Assembly: GCA_965216565.1 (NCBI GenBank)
Contig: OZ244170.1
Location: forward strand, 4,032,001 to 4,096,000
Direction: 5' to 3'
Source: Bythopirellula sp.
GTDB lineage: Bacteria > Planctomycetota > Planctomycetia > Pirellulales > Lacipirellulaceae
DNA length: 64,000 nt
Below, in pieces: positions 27,501 to 36,346 of the stretch. The notes beneath the pieces are model-generated. The model did no database searches. It was given only the letters and a program-made list of their open reading frames with translations, and was not told the origin of the DNA. Each line of letters begins with the position of its first letter. Position 1 is the first letter of the stretch. A program made the translations under genes and the position numbers.

Positions 27501-28536
27501 AGTGATTAGCTGTGTCTAAATCGAGAATACCGTTGTCACTAGGTTGAGTAAGTCGGGCTCGGGGAGCACTCGCAAGAGAGAATCGCTGATCGAAATCGAG
27601 ACTCAACGAGAACTGACTGTTGGCATCCGTTTCAAATGCATCGAGTGCTGGTGAATAGGTCGAAACGTTCACTAAATCCAAGTCGGGATCAAATTCGATC
27701 AGCTGCAGAAAACCATCTGCACCGGCAGGCCGTTCTTGAAAATTGGCAAGAATTTCTATGACTTCGTCCCCGGCACTATTGAGAGAGACTTGGTGTGCCT
27801 CTCCCCCGAAGTGACCGCCTAGGACCATGAAGATTTGAGGGTTTGGACTCACAAGATCCTGAAAGACGTCCTCACCCGAACGCCCGTCCGTAGTCAATTG
27901 TTGGGTTGAATGTACGCCACTGGAATTGACGTATGCGTGGGTGGTAAGAATGGTTGGTAAGTCAGCGTAAGCATCGAGTATGCCCTGAGCCCAGGTGATG
28001 GCGGCGTCGCGGGCTTCCCATTCGATTGTGAGATGGAGGAACTGCCGGTTGTCTGCGGTAAAAATCTGGAAATGGTTCAGTTCGTCAAAAGACGATCCGC
28101 CATACCAGCTTTTGCCGTCGTAGCGAGAAGCACCGAAATACTGAGTATATTTCGACGCCCCTTGGTGCGTGTTGTCGTCATCATAGTCGTGGTTGCCAAT
28201 GGCCGCGCTATAAGGCAGCAATCCGTCAGGGTCGTTGATGGGGTTGCCATCGAGAATGCTTATCGCGGTGTCGATATTTTGCCACTGCAAATCGTCTTCT
28301 GGGTCATCGACTAAGTCGCCTACTTGAGACAGAAAAACAATGTTGTTGCTTACCACATGGTCGGCGACCCATTGCGTTTGAGCATTCAGCGTGGCGGGAG
28401 ACGACTCCGCCAGCGTTTGCGTATCTGGCAGGAGCACGATGGAGTAGGGAGTGCTGGCGAGCATCACCCGCTGCTCAAGCTGTTCGATTGACAGCCGCAA
28501 GTCGGTACGCCGTGAGTGGGTCCGTTGTCGCTTCAT
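24553..28536 (-). CDS. Secreted calcineurin-like metallophosphoesterase with Ig/cadherin domains, FDGSDV repeats and dockerin-like Ca-binding motif
   Basis: LSIEQLEQRVMLA; LPDTQ, GDLVD, GNHD, TTHAY, GGH metallophos motifs; eight FDGSDV-like repeats; DFVDDDVIDGLDFLAWQ; likely start ATG 28536. Confidence 0.82.
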   Translation of the reverse strand: MKRQRTHSRRTDLRLSIEQLEQRVMLASTPYSIVLLPDTQTLAESSPATLNAQTQWVADHVVSNNIVFLSQVGDLVDDPEDDLQWQNIDTAISILDGNPINDPDGLLPYSAAIGNHDYDDDNTHQGASKYTQYFGASRYDGKSWYGGSSFDELNHFQIFTADNRQFLHLTIEWEARDAAITWAQGILDAYADLPTILTTHAYVNSSGVHSTQQLTTDGRSGEDVFQDLVSPNPQIFMVLGGHFGGEAHQVSLNSAGDEVIEILANFQERPAGADGFLQLIEFDPDLDLVNVSTYSPALDAFETDANSQFSLSLDFDQRFSLASAPRARLTQPSDNGILDLDTANHSVLVNTVQSSLEISLLDFSSGLDDATVTSATVSLTKDGVPQTESTDYTFAYDSTLDQVTLSPVASTFDDGTYEISLNFGAAKIADNDTNELVPVTLSVEVDTTIPNPPESLYFALNSMATLPGGITVEDEDIAFFDGLSFSAYFDGSDVGLSGLEIDAFDIASENELLFSFASSGTVPGIAETVDDSDIVKFTATELGSTTSGTFELYFDGSDVSLTTSGEDINSLDLLADGRILVSTRGTFDVGAITGADEDIFLFTPTSLGSTTAGAWELHFDGSDVSLEGEDIDALSVYQNGDIYLSAVDAFDLADSNIRDDDVFVFSPTTLGNNTTGNYASNLLLDGSLYGLSPFDVVAVHIPSASAGNTTLQAQDDSLFLSEGGTAGQLVGGAFSLLDNDLPSGSLMVTTTPITAPSFGTLTLNADGTFGYTHDGSENFTDSFVYEVQDAGGLSDTALVSINIDPVNDPPSLAGLPDVSLIENGTDNSIDLDAFYSDVETPATAAVFTILSSFSGISAAIDPVSHVLTIAADPGFTGEGDLTIQVTDSGDGGSSSLNSSDTLHVTVVPGQDSVLLLGVNQTSTVGNITADNEDVLIFNGIGFEVLFDGSDVGIEAARVDGFTLLSPSELLLSFSLGVTIPGIAGTVEDMDIVKFTGTHFGETTQGTFELFFDGSDVGLDGSSSDIDAIDVLPDGRVLVSIAGSDTILGLSVRDDDLIAFTSTSLGDNTAGTWELYFDGSDVGLSPEDVTGVSVDAGGNIYLAVQSDFVAGSVSGEDEDVFVFDPTSLGPTTSGTFTSPLYFDGSQFGIVDAELVGLQIAPTSLLPSMGVPSADFVDDDVIDGLDFLAWQIGFGISSGALQSDGDSDGDGDVDTSDLAVWESTYGQTELLPLAGSSANDSRTAVATPNAMIDAAMALNWDRDTVDERTSIMSEQSTVESSFVQTFMPRQAALMDRAGENLDLQSSTTSESETAEQAGLVDELLERAFS

Positions 28537-28621
28537 TATTTGCAACTCTGCAGCCCTTGATAGGGATCACTCAATCAACTCCGGCTGCAATTTCAGTCTC
28601 GCAAGGGCACGCCACGAGGGG

Positions 28622-29644
28622 TTAATCCCCTCGAGTACGATGTTTCCACCAGTAAGCCATCAGCTGTGCTCTTAGAACTTGTGTGTTTGTACTCTGACCG
28701 ATGTTAATGCGATTCAACGCTAGGGGGTCGGCCGTACTAATATTGTTAATTCCGCGCTGAACCGAGAAGGCGATCTCGATGCCAGCGTTTTTCGCTATTT
28801 CGGCAATTTCTGTGTTCGATGCTCCACCTGGGTAAGCAAAGATGGGGAGCACCTCGCCAATTTCGCGCTTTAAATCGTTATACGAACCGACGATCTCGCG
28901 TTGTGCGTCTCCCAGCGAAATCTGTGTAAGTAACGGGTGCGTTTGCGTGTGGGGCGCTAGCGTTACACCTTGATGAGCTAATTCTCGCAACTCGTCCCAA
29001 CTCATCACACTTGGCGGCGGCAAATCAACTGCTTGCTGCTCGCAAAGATCGTCGACCAATTGCATGGCGTGTTGATGTTCTAGTTGCTTTACATGATCGC
29101 GAATCATTCTATAGGCGAGCGTGCGCTGCTCGTCTGACGAAAGATCAAGCTCTCCGCACGGCGTAGTAATCGACTGTTCTCTGCCATACCAAATTGCCAG
29201 ATGTAAGCGATCCCACCAAAATCGTCGCTCTGCCGCATCTGGATAAGCGGTGGGAACGAAGACCGTCGCAGGTAAGTTGCGCGACTGTAAGGCAGGCCAG
29301 GCAAACTCAGCAAAGTCGCGGCAAGCGTCGTCGAAAGTGATCGCTATGGAATTTGGGGGCAGCACCGCCTCGCCTCGGCATGCCTTCAGCACATCTGCCA
29401 TCGATACTACTTGGCCCATCTCAAGTACCAAATCGAGTTGGTCGGCAAACTGCTCTGGGGTGGCACTAATTAAGCCTGGATAAAGCTCGGGAGTATCTGC
29501 TGCATAGTCGACCCGATGATACGTAAGTACCGCCAGCGTATCTGAGCGCGGGGAGCCAGCCACTCGGTCCAGCATTTGGAGCATGGCACCAAATGTGGTA
29601 GTGCTGGCCGCGCTGAGCGCTGATTGTCGAAGTGTTTTAAGCAT
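28622..29644 (-). CDS. Polysaccharide deacetylase (NodB/CE4)
   Basis: LTYHRV, ITFDDA, HTQTHP, FAYPGG motifs. Confidence 0.9.
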   Translation of the reverse strand: MLKTLRQSALSAASTTTFGAMLQMLDRVAGSPRSDTLAVLTYHRVDYAADTPELYPGLISATPEQFADQLDLVLEMGQVVSMADVLKACRGEAVLPPNSIAITFDDACRDFAEFAWPALQSRNLPATVFVPTAYPDAAERRFWWDRLHLAIWYGREQSITTPCGELDLSSDEQRTLAYRMIRDHVKQLEHQHAMQLVDDLCEQQAVDLPPPSVMSWDELRELAHQGVTLAPHTQTHPLLTQISLGDAQREIVGSYNDLKREIGEVLPIFAYPGGASNTEIAEIAKNAGIEIAFSVQRGINNISTADPLALNRINIGQSTNTQVLRAQLMAYWWKHRTRGD

Positions 29645-29646
29645 AT

Positions 29647-30969
29647 TTACTTTGCTGGACGTGCCATTGAAGGATTCATCTCCGTCAAATCGCTGCCCTG
29701 CCCTGCTTCGGGGCGATTCCCTTCAGAGTGAGTAGCGCGACGACGCAACCGAGATGTCAAAGCTTGTAGTCCCGCCCGGCAGAGATTACTTGCGATCTGC
29801 ACAGCAGGCATGGGATCGCAGAGCGAGAGAATATCGAATGTGTAGCTTGGTCGCAGCAGGTCGGTCATTGCCCCCAATGCTTCGCGCCGCTTCGGCAATT
29901 TCATCACCGGATGGGCAGAAGTTCCCCGCAAGACCCGCAGAATCCAGCTGATCTCCTTCTGGAAATTCTGCACCCGCACGCCGGTGCGATACTCTGGGAG
30001 CGTAGCTGATGTGTCGTCCGGAGATCCTTGTAGCGTCAACTCGCAAAGCTCAACGGGAAAATTGACACCAGCAGCAACAGCCACCGGCAAAGAACCCCAA
30101 ATGCGACCATTGATTTCCATCAACCGCGCTTCGCCTTGTTCGTTCTGCTTGAATTCAGCCATAGCCAGGCCGGTCCAATTCAACGCCTTCAGCAGATCGA
30201 GCGTATGTCCGTAGAGCTTCGGATCGAGAGATTCACTTTGACGCAGTGAGCTAGCGCCGCCAGTAAGAGGGACTTCGCGGAGCCGACGATGCTGAAATGC
30301 ACAAATAGGTTCGCCTTTGTGAGCGAGCACTTCCACGCCAACGCCCGCACCCTGAAAATACTCCTGCAACAATACCGCACACTGTCCCTCGAATGCGGCC
30401 ATTTTATCACGCAATTCAGTTTCATCGCGTGCGTATTCTACGCTCCAAACACGTACCGCCTCCTCGCCCGCAAGTGTGTGGGAAGAATTGGGTTTTAGAA
30501 CGAGAGGCCAGCCAAAATCAGGAGCTGCGTCGATTGCTTCTTCGACGCTGTGCACCAGGCAGGTCCGTGGGTAAGGTACGTCTAGTTGATCGGCCAGTTT
30601 AAACGTCAGCCCCTTGTCGCGCACGGTAGCCACAGAGTCGGCCGGCGCCCATGGAACCCGGCAAACCTTTTCCACACGTTCGCGTTCTGCTTCCAAAGGT
30701 AAGCCCGTTTGTTCGGTAACGGGCAGGATCAAATCTATGTTGTATTGCTCCACCGCCTGCAGCAAATCTTCGATGAACTGATGCGGGTCCGTTTTGGGGC
30801 ACGCGTACACAAGGCGATGCTTCGCGTATCGCGTTGCCAGTCCAGGACTACGAGGATCTGCGTCTGCCGCTACGACCTCGTAGCCACTGCGAGCTAGCGC
30901 ACGGATCGATGCTACTGCCGCTCCTCGGCAGGCGTCGGTAACAAGAACTCTGGCTTTGGGAGATTTCAC
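29647..30969 (-). CDS. ATP-grasp carboxylate-amine ligase
   Basis: VLVTD..SIRALARSG, PLVLKP, LLQEYF, AMAEFK, LMEINGRIWGS. Confidence 0.88.
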   Translation of the reverse strand: MKSPKARVLVTDACRGAAVASIRALARSGYEVVAADADPRSPGLATRYAKHRLVYACPKTDPHQFIEDLLQAVEQYNIDLILPVTEQTGLPLEAERERVEKVCRVPWAPADSVATVRDKGLTFKLADQLDVPYPRTCLVHSVEEAIDAAPDFGWPLVLKPNSSHTLAGEEAVRVWSVEYARDETELRDKMAAFEGQCAVLLQEYFQGAGVGVEVLAHKGEPICAFQHRRLREVPLTGGASSLRQSESLDPKLYGHTLDLLKALNWTGLAMAEFKQNEQGEARLMEINGRIWGSLPVAVAAGVNFPVELCELTLQGSPDDTSATLPEYRTGVRVQNFQKEISWILRVLRGTSAHPVMKLPKRREALGAMTDLLRPSYTFDILSLCDPMPAVQIASNLCRAGLQALTSRLRRRATHSEGNRPEAGQGSDLTEMNPSMARPAK

Positions 30970-31670
30970 TACGGATTACTCTTAGGATTGTTCTGTTCGT
31001 AAAACGTCGTGATCCGCCGACTCACATCTTGCACGACGTCGTCTAGACTCTGGCTGGCATCAACAACTTCGAAATGCTTCACCAGATCTTTCATTTCCAG
31101 ATAGTCGCTTCGCCGTTGTTCCAGTAGTTCCAGTGTCCCCTCCCCCTTCCGCTGAAAGAGTATTTCCGCAGGAGCGTCGAGAAACACCAATAAATCGGGG
31201 CGAGGGTAAAAGCGGTTTAGCATATACCCGTGGAATCGTTGCATCCTCGTCCGCGGCGCATGATTGGCAATGTCGTAAGCGTAATAGTCCGGAAAAAAAT
31301 GACGATCGAAAATCACAACGCATTGTTTCCGCAGGTAATACCAGGCAATGCCTTGTCGATACCATTCTTCAGCGAACCGGTTTGCCACGCTAAGGGATGA
31401 TTTTGCCGTTTTCAACGATCGCTTGAACCAGCCCCGTTGAGGCACTGCATTCTCTAATTGTTTTTCGCGAGGCCCTCCCGCATATTTTTTCTTTCCCGTT
31501 ACCCGCCACAGCGCTTGTGCGAAGCGGGTCGTCGGCAACAAATGGTTGCAGGCTTCGTGATTGACACCCATATAGACATATTTTGTCGGGACCGGTAGGC
31601 TCTCGCGCAGTCGGGCTGCGACTGTCGTCTTTCCTGAGCCATCGGGGCCGATTAATGCGACGGTAAACAT
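30969..31670 (-). CDS. Thymidylate-kinase-like P-loop kinase
   Basis: VALIGPDGSGKTT, VIFDRHF, PDLLVFLDAP..RKGE. Confidence 0.8.
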   Translation of the reverse strand: MFTVALIGPDGSGKTTVAARLRESLPVPTKYVYMGVNHEACNHLLPTTRFAQALWRVTGKKKYAGGPREKQLENAVPQRGWFKRSLKTAKSSLSVANRFAEEWYRQGIAWYYLRKQCVVIFDRHFFPDYYAYDIANHAPRTRMQRFHGYMLNRFYPRPDLLVFLDAPAEILFQRKGEGTLELLEQRRSDYLEMKDLVKHFEVVDASQSLDDVVQDVSRRITTFYEQNNPKSNP

Positions 31671-32710
31671 ACTTCTTCCATTACAGATTCAATAGCTTCA
31701 AATAATTCGTTGAGATTTACATCCTGCGGTCGCGCAACAGAATAGACGTTCTTTCCCTCAACGAGTTGGTCTATCAGTTGGGCGCGCCGCGCGTAAAACT
31801 CGTCCAGCAATCCTGAGGAAGGCTGTCGATGAATCGCTTCAATGTGGTTCGTATAGAGTAAGTCAGCGGTATCGGCATCTTGCAATTCTGTCAATCGACG
31901 AACCGCGTCATCCTTGCTGAGTTGGCGTACGTCGATGTCAGTACTGGTATGGGTACTAACGAGCAGGATCGTCTGGAGGGTGGCTGACCGTGGACTAATC
32001 GGTTCGCCTAACCAATTGTCAATGCGGCGGTCAATGTACCGTTGACGATCGACACGATCGACAAAGTGCCGAAGGCGATCGCTTTGCTTCGCACTAACGC
32101 TCTCTAGCAATTGACAGAGTGGCTGCAATCCTCTGGCCGCGTAACGCCATTTCGCCATATGCAGCCGATCGCCGAGCCCGACATTTACTAAGCGATCGTC
32201 AGCATTCTGGACATGCCAGTCTCGGAGGCGTAAAGTCTCAGGCACCCCATGGAGCACTTGTCCTTCGTCGGAAAGGTAGCCCCACTCCGCGGCAAGGTAT
32301 TGAGCCCCTTGTAGCAAGTAGGCTAATAGAGTGCCTGTCTTTCCGCCGCCTGAACTTCCGCAAACCAGATAGCCGCGATCTCTGTGAGTAAACGAAGTGC
32401 CATGAATCCCCAGCAAACCTTTCGCTGCAGACTTGAGATTAAGCAGGGACCGCAGCAGGGGCAGACGTCTTAGGCCCGAGGGGTACGCGACGCGGAACTG
32501 TTGCGTTTGCCACGCAGCATCTGGCAGATCGATCTCGATCGGCAACTGGCCCTTCGTATTCTCGACGAACCGAATCTCAATATCTCCCTCGCCATTCGCT
32601 ATTTCTTCTAGCGCACCAGTTGCTTGTTTCACTATGCCAACGTCTGCCGGTGACGCATCAATGAGCGTCAGGCGTACGTGGTCATGCAAGTTGAGTGAAA
32701 CGTGATTCAT
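31652..32710 (-). CDS. HPr-kinase-related P-loop protein
   Basis: IHGTS..GYLVCGSSGGGKT..GAQYLAAEW pattern; likely start ATG 32710 (ORF open to 32776). Confidence 0.65.
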   Translation of the reverse strand: MNHVSLNLHDHVRLTLIDASPADVGIVKQATGALEEIANGEGDIEIRFVENTKGQLPIEIDLPDAAWQTQQFRVAYPSGLRRLPLLRSLLNLKSAAKGLLGIHGTSFTHRDRGYLVCGSSGGGKTGTLLAYLLQGAQYLAAEWGYLSDEGQVLHGVPETLRLRDWHVQNADDRLVNVGLGDRLHMAKWRYAARGLQPLCQLLESVSAKQSDRLRHFVDRVDRQRYIDRRIDNWLGEPISPRSATLQTILLVSTHTSTDIDVRQLSKDDAVRRLTELQDADTADLLYTNHIEAIHRQPSSGLLDEFYARRAQLIDQLVEGKNVYSVARPQDVNLNELFEAIESVMEEVCLPSH

Positions 32711-32750
32711 AGGTGATAAGTTGCAGGTGCGCTGTGAGTTCGGCTGATCC

Positions 32751-33623
32751 TTAAACTGGTTGAGGGGCTTCCGCAAATCCCCAGCGCTGGGCGAGTGGTA
32801 TTCCGATTAGTTCTTCAAGTTTCTCTACATCCGACCGAAAACGATCTCGAAGCAGTAGTTCTGCATGAGCTCGGATTGTCGCTCGCTCCGAATCTGCGAG
32901 CTGGCGGTAAAGCAAATTGCGTATCAAGCGAGAACGCTTCACTCGTCCGCGAAATCGCTTCCAACCCAATTCGCGGCAGATTTGCGAAAGACTCTTTGTA
33001 GCACTGCAAAGTCGGTCGTATCGGGGCATGCTGGCGGGCATCACCTTGGTTTGCAACTTGGGCTCCAGGGGCATCGACGCAACACCAAGGAAATCCAATA
33101 CGCCCAGCGCGTGTTTCTGGGGATCCTGCTTCAGGTCATCGAATAATGAAATGTGTACTTGTGCGCGAGGAAAGCACTCCAAATAGTTGGCGACATACTC
33201 TGCGTAACAGCCCTCCTCGGCGATTTCAGGTGTGTCTTCAATGCGATCTTCCAACGGGCCATTCCATTTTCCATTTCGCACACCATCGAGATACATAGAG
33301 ACCGCTCGATCGATCGGATTACGCAGGCACATCATGAGTTTGATATTGGGATTCATTTCAGCAACGTAGTCACGTGCTACTTGGGAGTAGAGATACGAAT
33401 GCGAAATCTCTGCGATCACTTTCTCCGACCGGGCCTCCGCAAAATGATCTAAATACCATTGCCAACCTTGATGGAAATGGTGGTCGAAAAAATAGAGCCC
33501 TTTCGTCGGAATCATGTAGACGTCTGGATGTCGTGATAGAACGTCAAACAACCACGTCGAACCAGCTTTGCTGGTGCCGATGTAGATAAAATTCGGACCC
33601 TGATTTGATGTTGGCGTGCTCAT
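32751..33623 (-). CDS. PAPS-dependent sulfotransferase
   Basis: PNFIYIGTSKAGSTWL (5'-PSB loop), LRNPIDRAVS (3'-PB motif), GCYAEYV. Confidence 0.88.
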   Translation of the reverse strand: MSTPTSNQGPNFIYIGTSKAGSTWLFDVLSRHPDVYMIPTKGLYFFDHHFHQGWQWYLDHFAEARSEKVIAEISHSYLYSQVARDYVAEMNPNIKLMMCLRNPIDRAVSMYLDGVRNGKWNGPLEDRIEDTPEIAEEGCYAEYVANYLECFPRAQVHISLFDDLKQDPQKHALGVLDFLGVASMPLEPKLQTKVMPASMPRYDRLCSATKSLSQICRELGWKRFRGRVKRSRLIRNLLYRQLADSERATIRAHAELLLRDRFRSDVEKLEELIGIPLAQRWGFAEAPQPV

Positions 33624-34787
33624 TTACTTCACACTGTGCGCGTTCATGTCGGTCAAGATGTCAGATAGGTAAGCCTGGAAACCTCTTTGCCAAAGGGTCT
33701 TGCGGACACCCTTGGCGATACGTCGGAAACCTCGCCCATCGCGATAGCGGTACACCGTCGCAGCCCAATGCTCCAGAAGTAGTTGGGCTTCGAACAGTCG
33801 AATGCACTTGTACGGAATGGGCTCGTTCAAGAAGTACCCTTCCAGCAGGTTCTCCTCATAACGGCGCAGTTGTTTGGCGTTGTACAGCAACCCGCCACTT
33901 AGTAGCTGTGGGCCGGAGGCTTTGACAGTCATCAGTAGTTTTGCCAGGTCTTCAAAAATGGGTGCTTCGAATCTTCCGGGCGTATCGAAAACGGTTACGC
34001 GGTTGTCGGCGTCGATAAACGCATTACGAGGGGCGTAATCCCCGTGCACTTGACCGGTAGGAATAGTGTCCGGCAGATGCTCCTGGGCATTTTCAATTAG
34101 ACGACGATGGATCTCGCTGATTCGAGTAGGACACCCTGCACGATCTTCCAAATAAGTAGAAAATCGTTCGATCGACTCCAGATAATCGTCACGCGAAGTG
34201 TTCCGCGTTTCGCAGTGCTCAAGCGGCGGTAGGTCGTGATGCTTTCTCAGCCAGCCTCCCATATGTCGGAAGGCAACTTCTAGCTTTTTAGAGAGCTGAA
34301 CATTTCTAAAGCGGTGCGAGTTATAAAGCAGTTGTCGCAAGCTAGGCTGATCGACCCACTCCATCACCATAGCCTGCTCGTCATGAAACAGATCGTAGAT
34401 GTGGACGGTACCAAATCGTGGGTCATTGTCTCCGAAGTGACCCTCAATACGTTTTAGAGCCGCGAATTCCTTGGCTGATTTCGTGGTTGGATCGGCCCGA
34501 CCAAAGAGCCGCGGGCGGTCGACGTACCCTTCGGTGCTCAGCTTTTGGGCATAGGCGATATCGCCCGGTCCCACGGGAACCTTCACGACCAGGCTGGGGC
34601 ATTTGGATTGGGACGAAAGTCGATAGATATACAGATTGCAAAAGCGACGATTGATTTCCTTAAGCAGTGTCAAGGTCCCTTCGCTATCTTCTAATCCCCG
34701 GTAGCCATGCAGTCGATCGCGCAACCTCTCTGTAATGCTGGTGGCGTCGATGGGAGCGTATTGCATGGTAGGTTGAGTCATAATCAT
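33624..34787 (-). CDS. Aminoglycoside-phosphotransferase-like (kinase-fold) protein
   Basis: LVVK, MVMEWV, HGDYAPRN, VFD, EDLAK. Confidence 0.8.
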   Translation of the reverse strand: MIMTQPTMQYAPIDATSITERLRDRLHGYRGLEDSEGTLTLLKEINRRFCNLYIYRLSSQSKCPSLVVKVPVGPGDIAYAQKLSTEGYVDRPRLFGRADPTTKSAKEFAALKRIEGHFGDNDPRFGTVHIYDLFHDEQAMVMEWVDQPSLRQLLYNSHRFRNVQLSKKLEVAFRHMGGWLRKHHDLPPLEHCETRNTSRDDYLESIERFSTYLEDRAGCPTRISEIHRRLIENAQEHLPDTIPTGQVHGDYAPRNAFIDADNRVTVFDTPGRFEAPIFEDLAKLLMTVKASGPQLLSGGLLYNAKQLRRYEENLLEGYFLNEPIPYKCIRLFEAQLLLEHWAATVYRYRDGRGFRRIAKGVRKTLWQRGFQAYLSDILTDMNAHSVK

Positions 34788-36346
34788 ATCTGCTCCGCAC
34801 TGGCATTGGCTGAAAGGGCTGAATCGCCAAGACGAAATCGAGCGGGGAGCAGGCGATTGATCTCGGGGAAGAGTTCACGAATTTGTAGAGTCTTGAAATA
34901 GGCCAACCAAACGGCCCCGGTGGCAATCACTGCAAGTGTGAAGGAAACAATCCATGGTGGACTCAATAAGAATTGCAGTGCAAGTAACAAACAGCCAGTG
35001 ATGATGATCGTCAGGTGGATTCGGGCCACGATTCCCGGAATGCGAGCCAAGTGCCCGGCGCGAGTTAGCGCTTGGTGATAGGCGACGTTTTGCGCAATTA
35101 GCACGAGGGAGCTTACGGCAGCACCACCAAGTGGCCCGTAGAATGGTACAACTGCCAAATTGGCCAGCAACGCTACCAGACCGGCGCCCATGTCGATTTT
35201 CATGATCGTTTGCACGCGATCGAACACGCGTAGTGTGAGTGCATTGAATCCGAATGCCGCGTTCAAATAGATGCTAAAGGCGACGATCGAAAGCACCGGA
35301 CCTGAGCTGGCATATTCCTCGCCAAGGAGTAGCACAGTGGTCGGGGTCGCTAGAGAAAATGAAATCAGAAACAGGGGGAAAGTTAGTAACCCAATCCAAG
35401 CGGTGCTGCGCCAGTACAACTCGCTAATTTCATGTTTTTCGTCCCGCGCAAACATCCGCGCGGCCGTGGGGACGTAAAGCAGCCGGAAACTGTCGTAAAC
35501 TACCTTATTCAAATTTGCGATCGGCAAAATCGCTCGAAACGAAGCGACACCTACTGTGCCATGGAACAGTTCCAACAGCACAACCACCAGGCTTGTTCGC
35601 AGTCCAAACACGACGTCGGAGCTGAGCAGCGGAATCCCAAAGCCAAACCATTTCTTCGTGAATCGTTCGCTCTTAATTTTCTTTAGTTGTGTGAGAAGCT
35701 CTTCTTCGCGAAGTATTCGCCACAGCAACTGAGCCGAGATCAGTACTCCGACAAGTGTTGCCAGCACGTAGGCCCCTGCCAGGAAATAGGCGTCGCCACC
35801 ATATGCCATCAAGCTAATCACCGCGGCCAATCGTAAAAGTGGCGTGAGGATATACCTTCTCACGAATAGCGCCTTCACCCGACCGAAGATGGCCAACAGC
35901 TTCTCTAGCAGACTCTCTAGTGCTAGTAGCGGGGCCAGCGAGATAATGACCGCCAATACAGAAAGCGAAAGCGGATCGCTAACTACCGTAGCCGCTAGCG
36001 TGCCGTGTAGCGAAATTACCAATCCAATCAGCAACACGCCAGTCACGGCTATCGTGGAGAAGGCGACCAGCAAACTTCCCTTGACCCGATTGAGTTCGTG
36101 TTTCTCATGGTAAATGGGAACGAATCGGTTGGCTGCTTTGTCAGTCCCGAGCGCCGTCATCCGCGAAGCCAGTGCGGCAATACTGTAGCCGTAGGCAAAC
36201 GCGCCGTACCCCTCCTTGGCCAGGTACCGCACGATCAGCACCTGCACTATGAAGTTGATGGCGATCGAGATCATGCGACCGAGCAACATTAAGCTCGATC
36301 CGCGTACCTGCTTCTGGGCTTCACTCTGGGGACGTATTTCGCTCAT
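34784..36346 (-). CDS. wzx: Wzx-type oligosaccharide flippase
   Basis: About 14 TMs; VRYLAKEGYGAFAY, LLGEEY, PFYGPLGGAA; ATGA overlaps with neighbours. Confidence 0.88.
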   Translation of the reverse strand: MSEIRPQSEAQKQVRGSSLMLLGRMISIAINFIVQVLIVRYLAKEGYGAFAYGYSIAALASRMTALGTDKAANRFVPIYHEKHELNRVKGSLLVAFSTIAVTGVLLIGLVISLHGTLAATVVSDPLSLSVLAVIISLAPLLALESLLEKLLAIFGRVKALFVRRYILTPLLRLAAVISLMAYGGDAYFLAGAYVLATLVGVLISAQLLWRILREEELLTQLKKIKSERFTKKWFGFGIPLLSSDVVFGLRTSLVVVLLELFHGTVGVASFRAILPIANLNKVVYDSFRLLYVPTAARMFARDEKHEISELYWRSTAWIGLLTFPLFLISFSLATPTTVLLLGEEYASSGPVLSIVAFSIYLNAAFGFNALTLRVFDRVQTIMKIDMGAGLVALLANLAVVPFYGPLGGAAVSSLVLIAQNVAYHQALTRAGHLARIPGIVARIHLTIIITGCLLLALQFLLSPPWIVSFTLAVIATGAVWLAYFKTLQIRELFPEINRLLPARFRLGDSALSANASAEQI

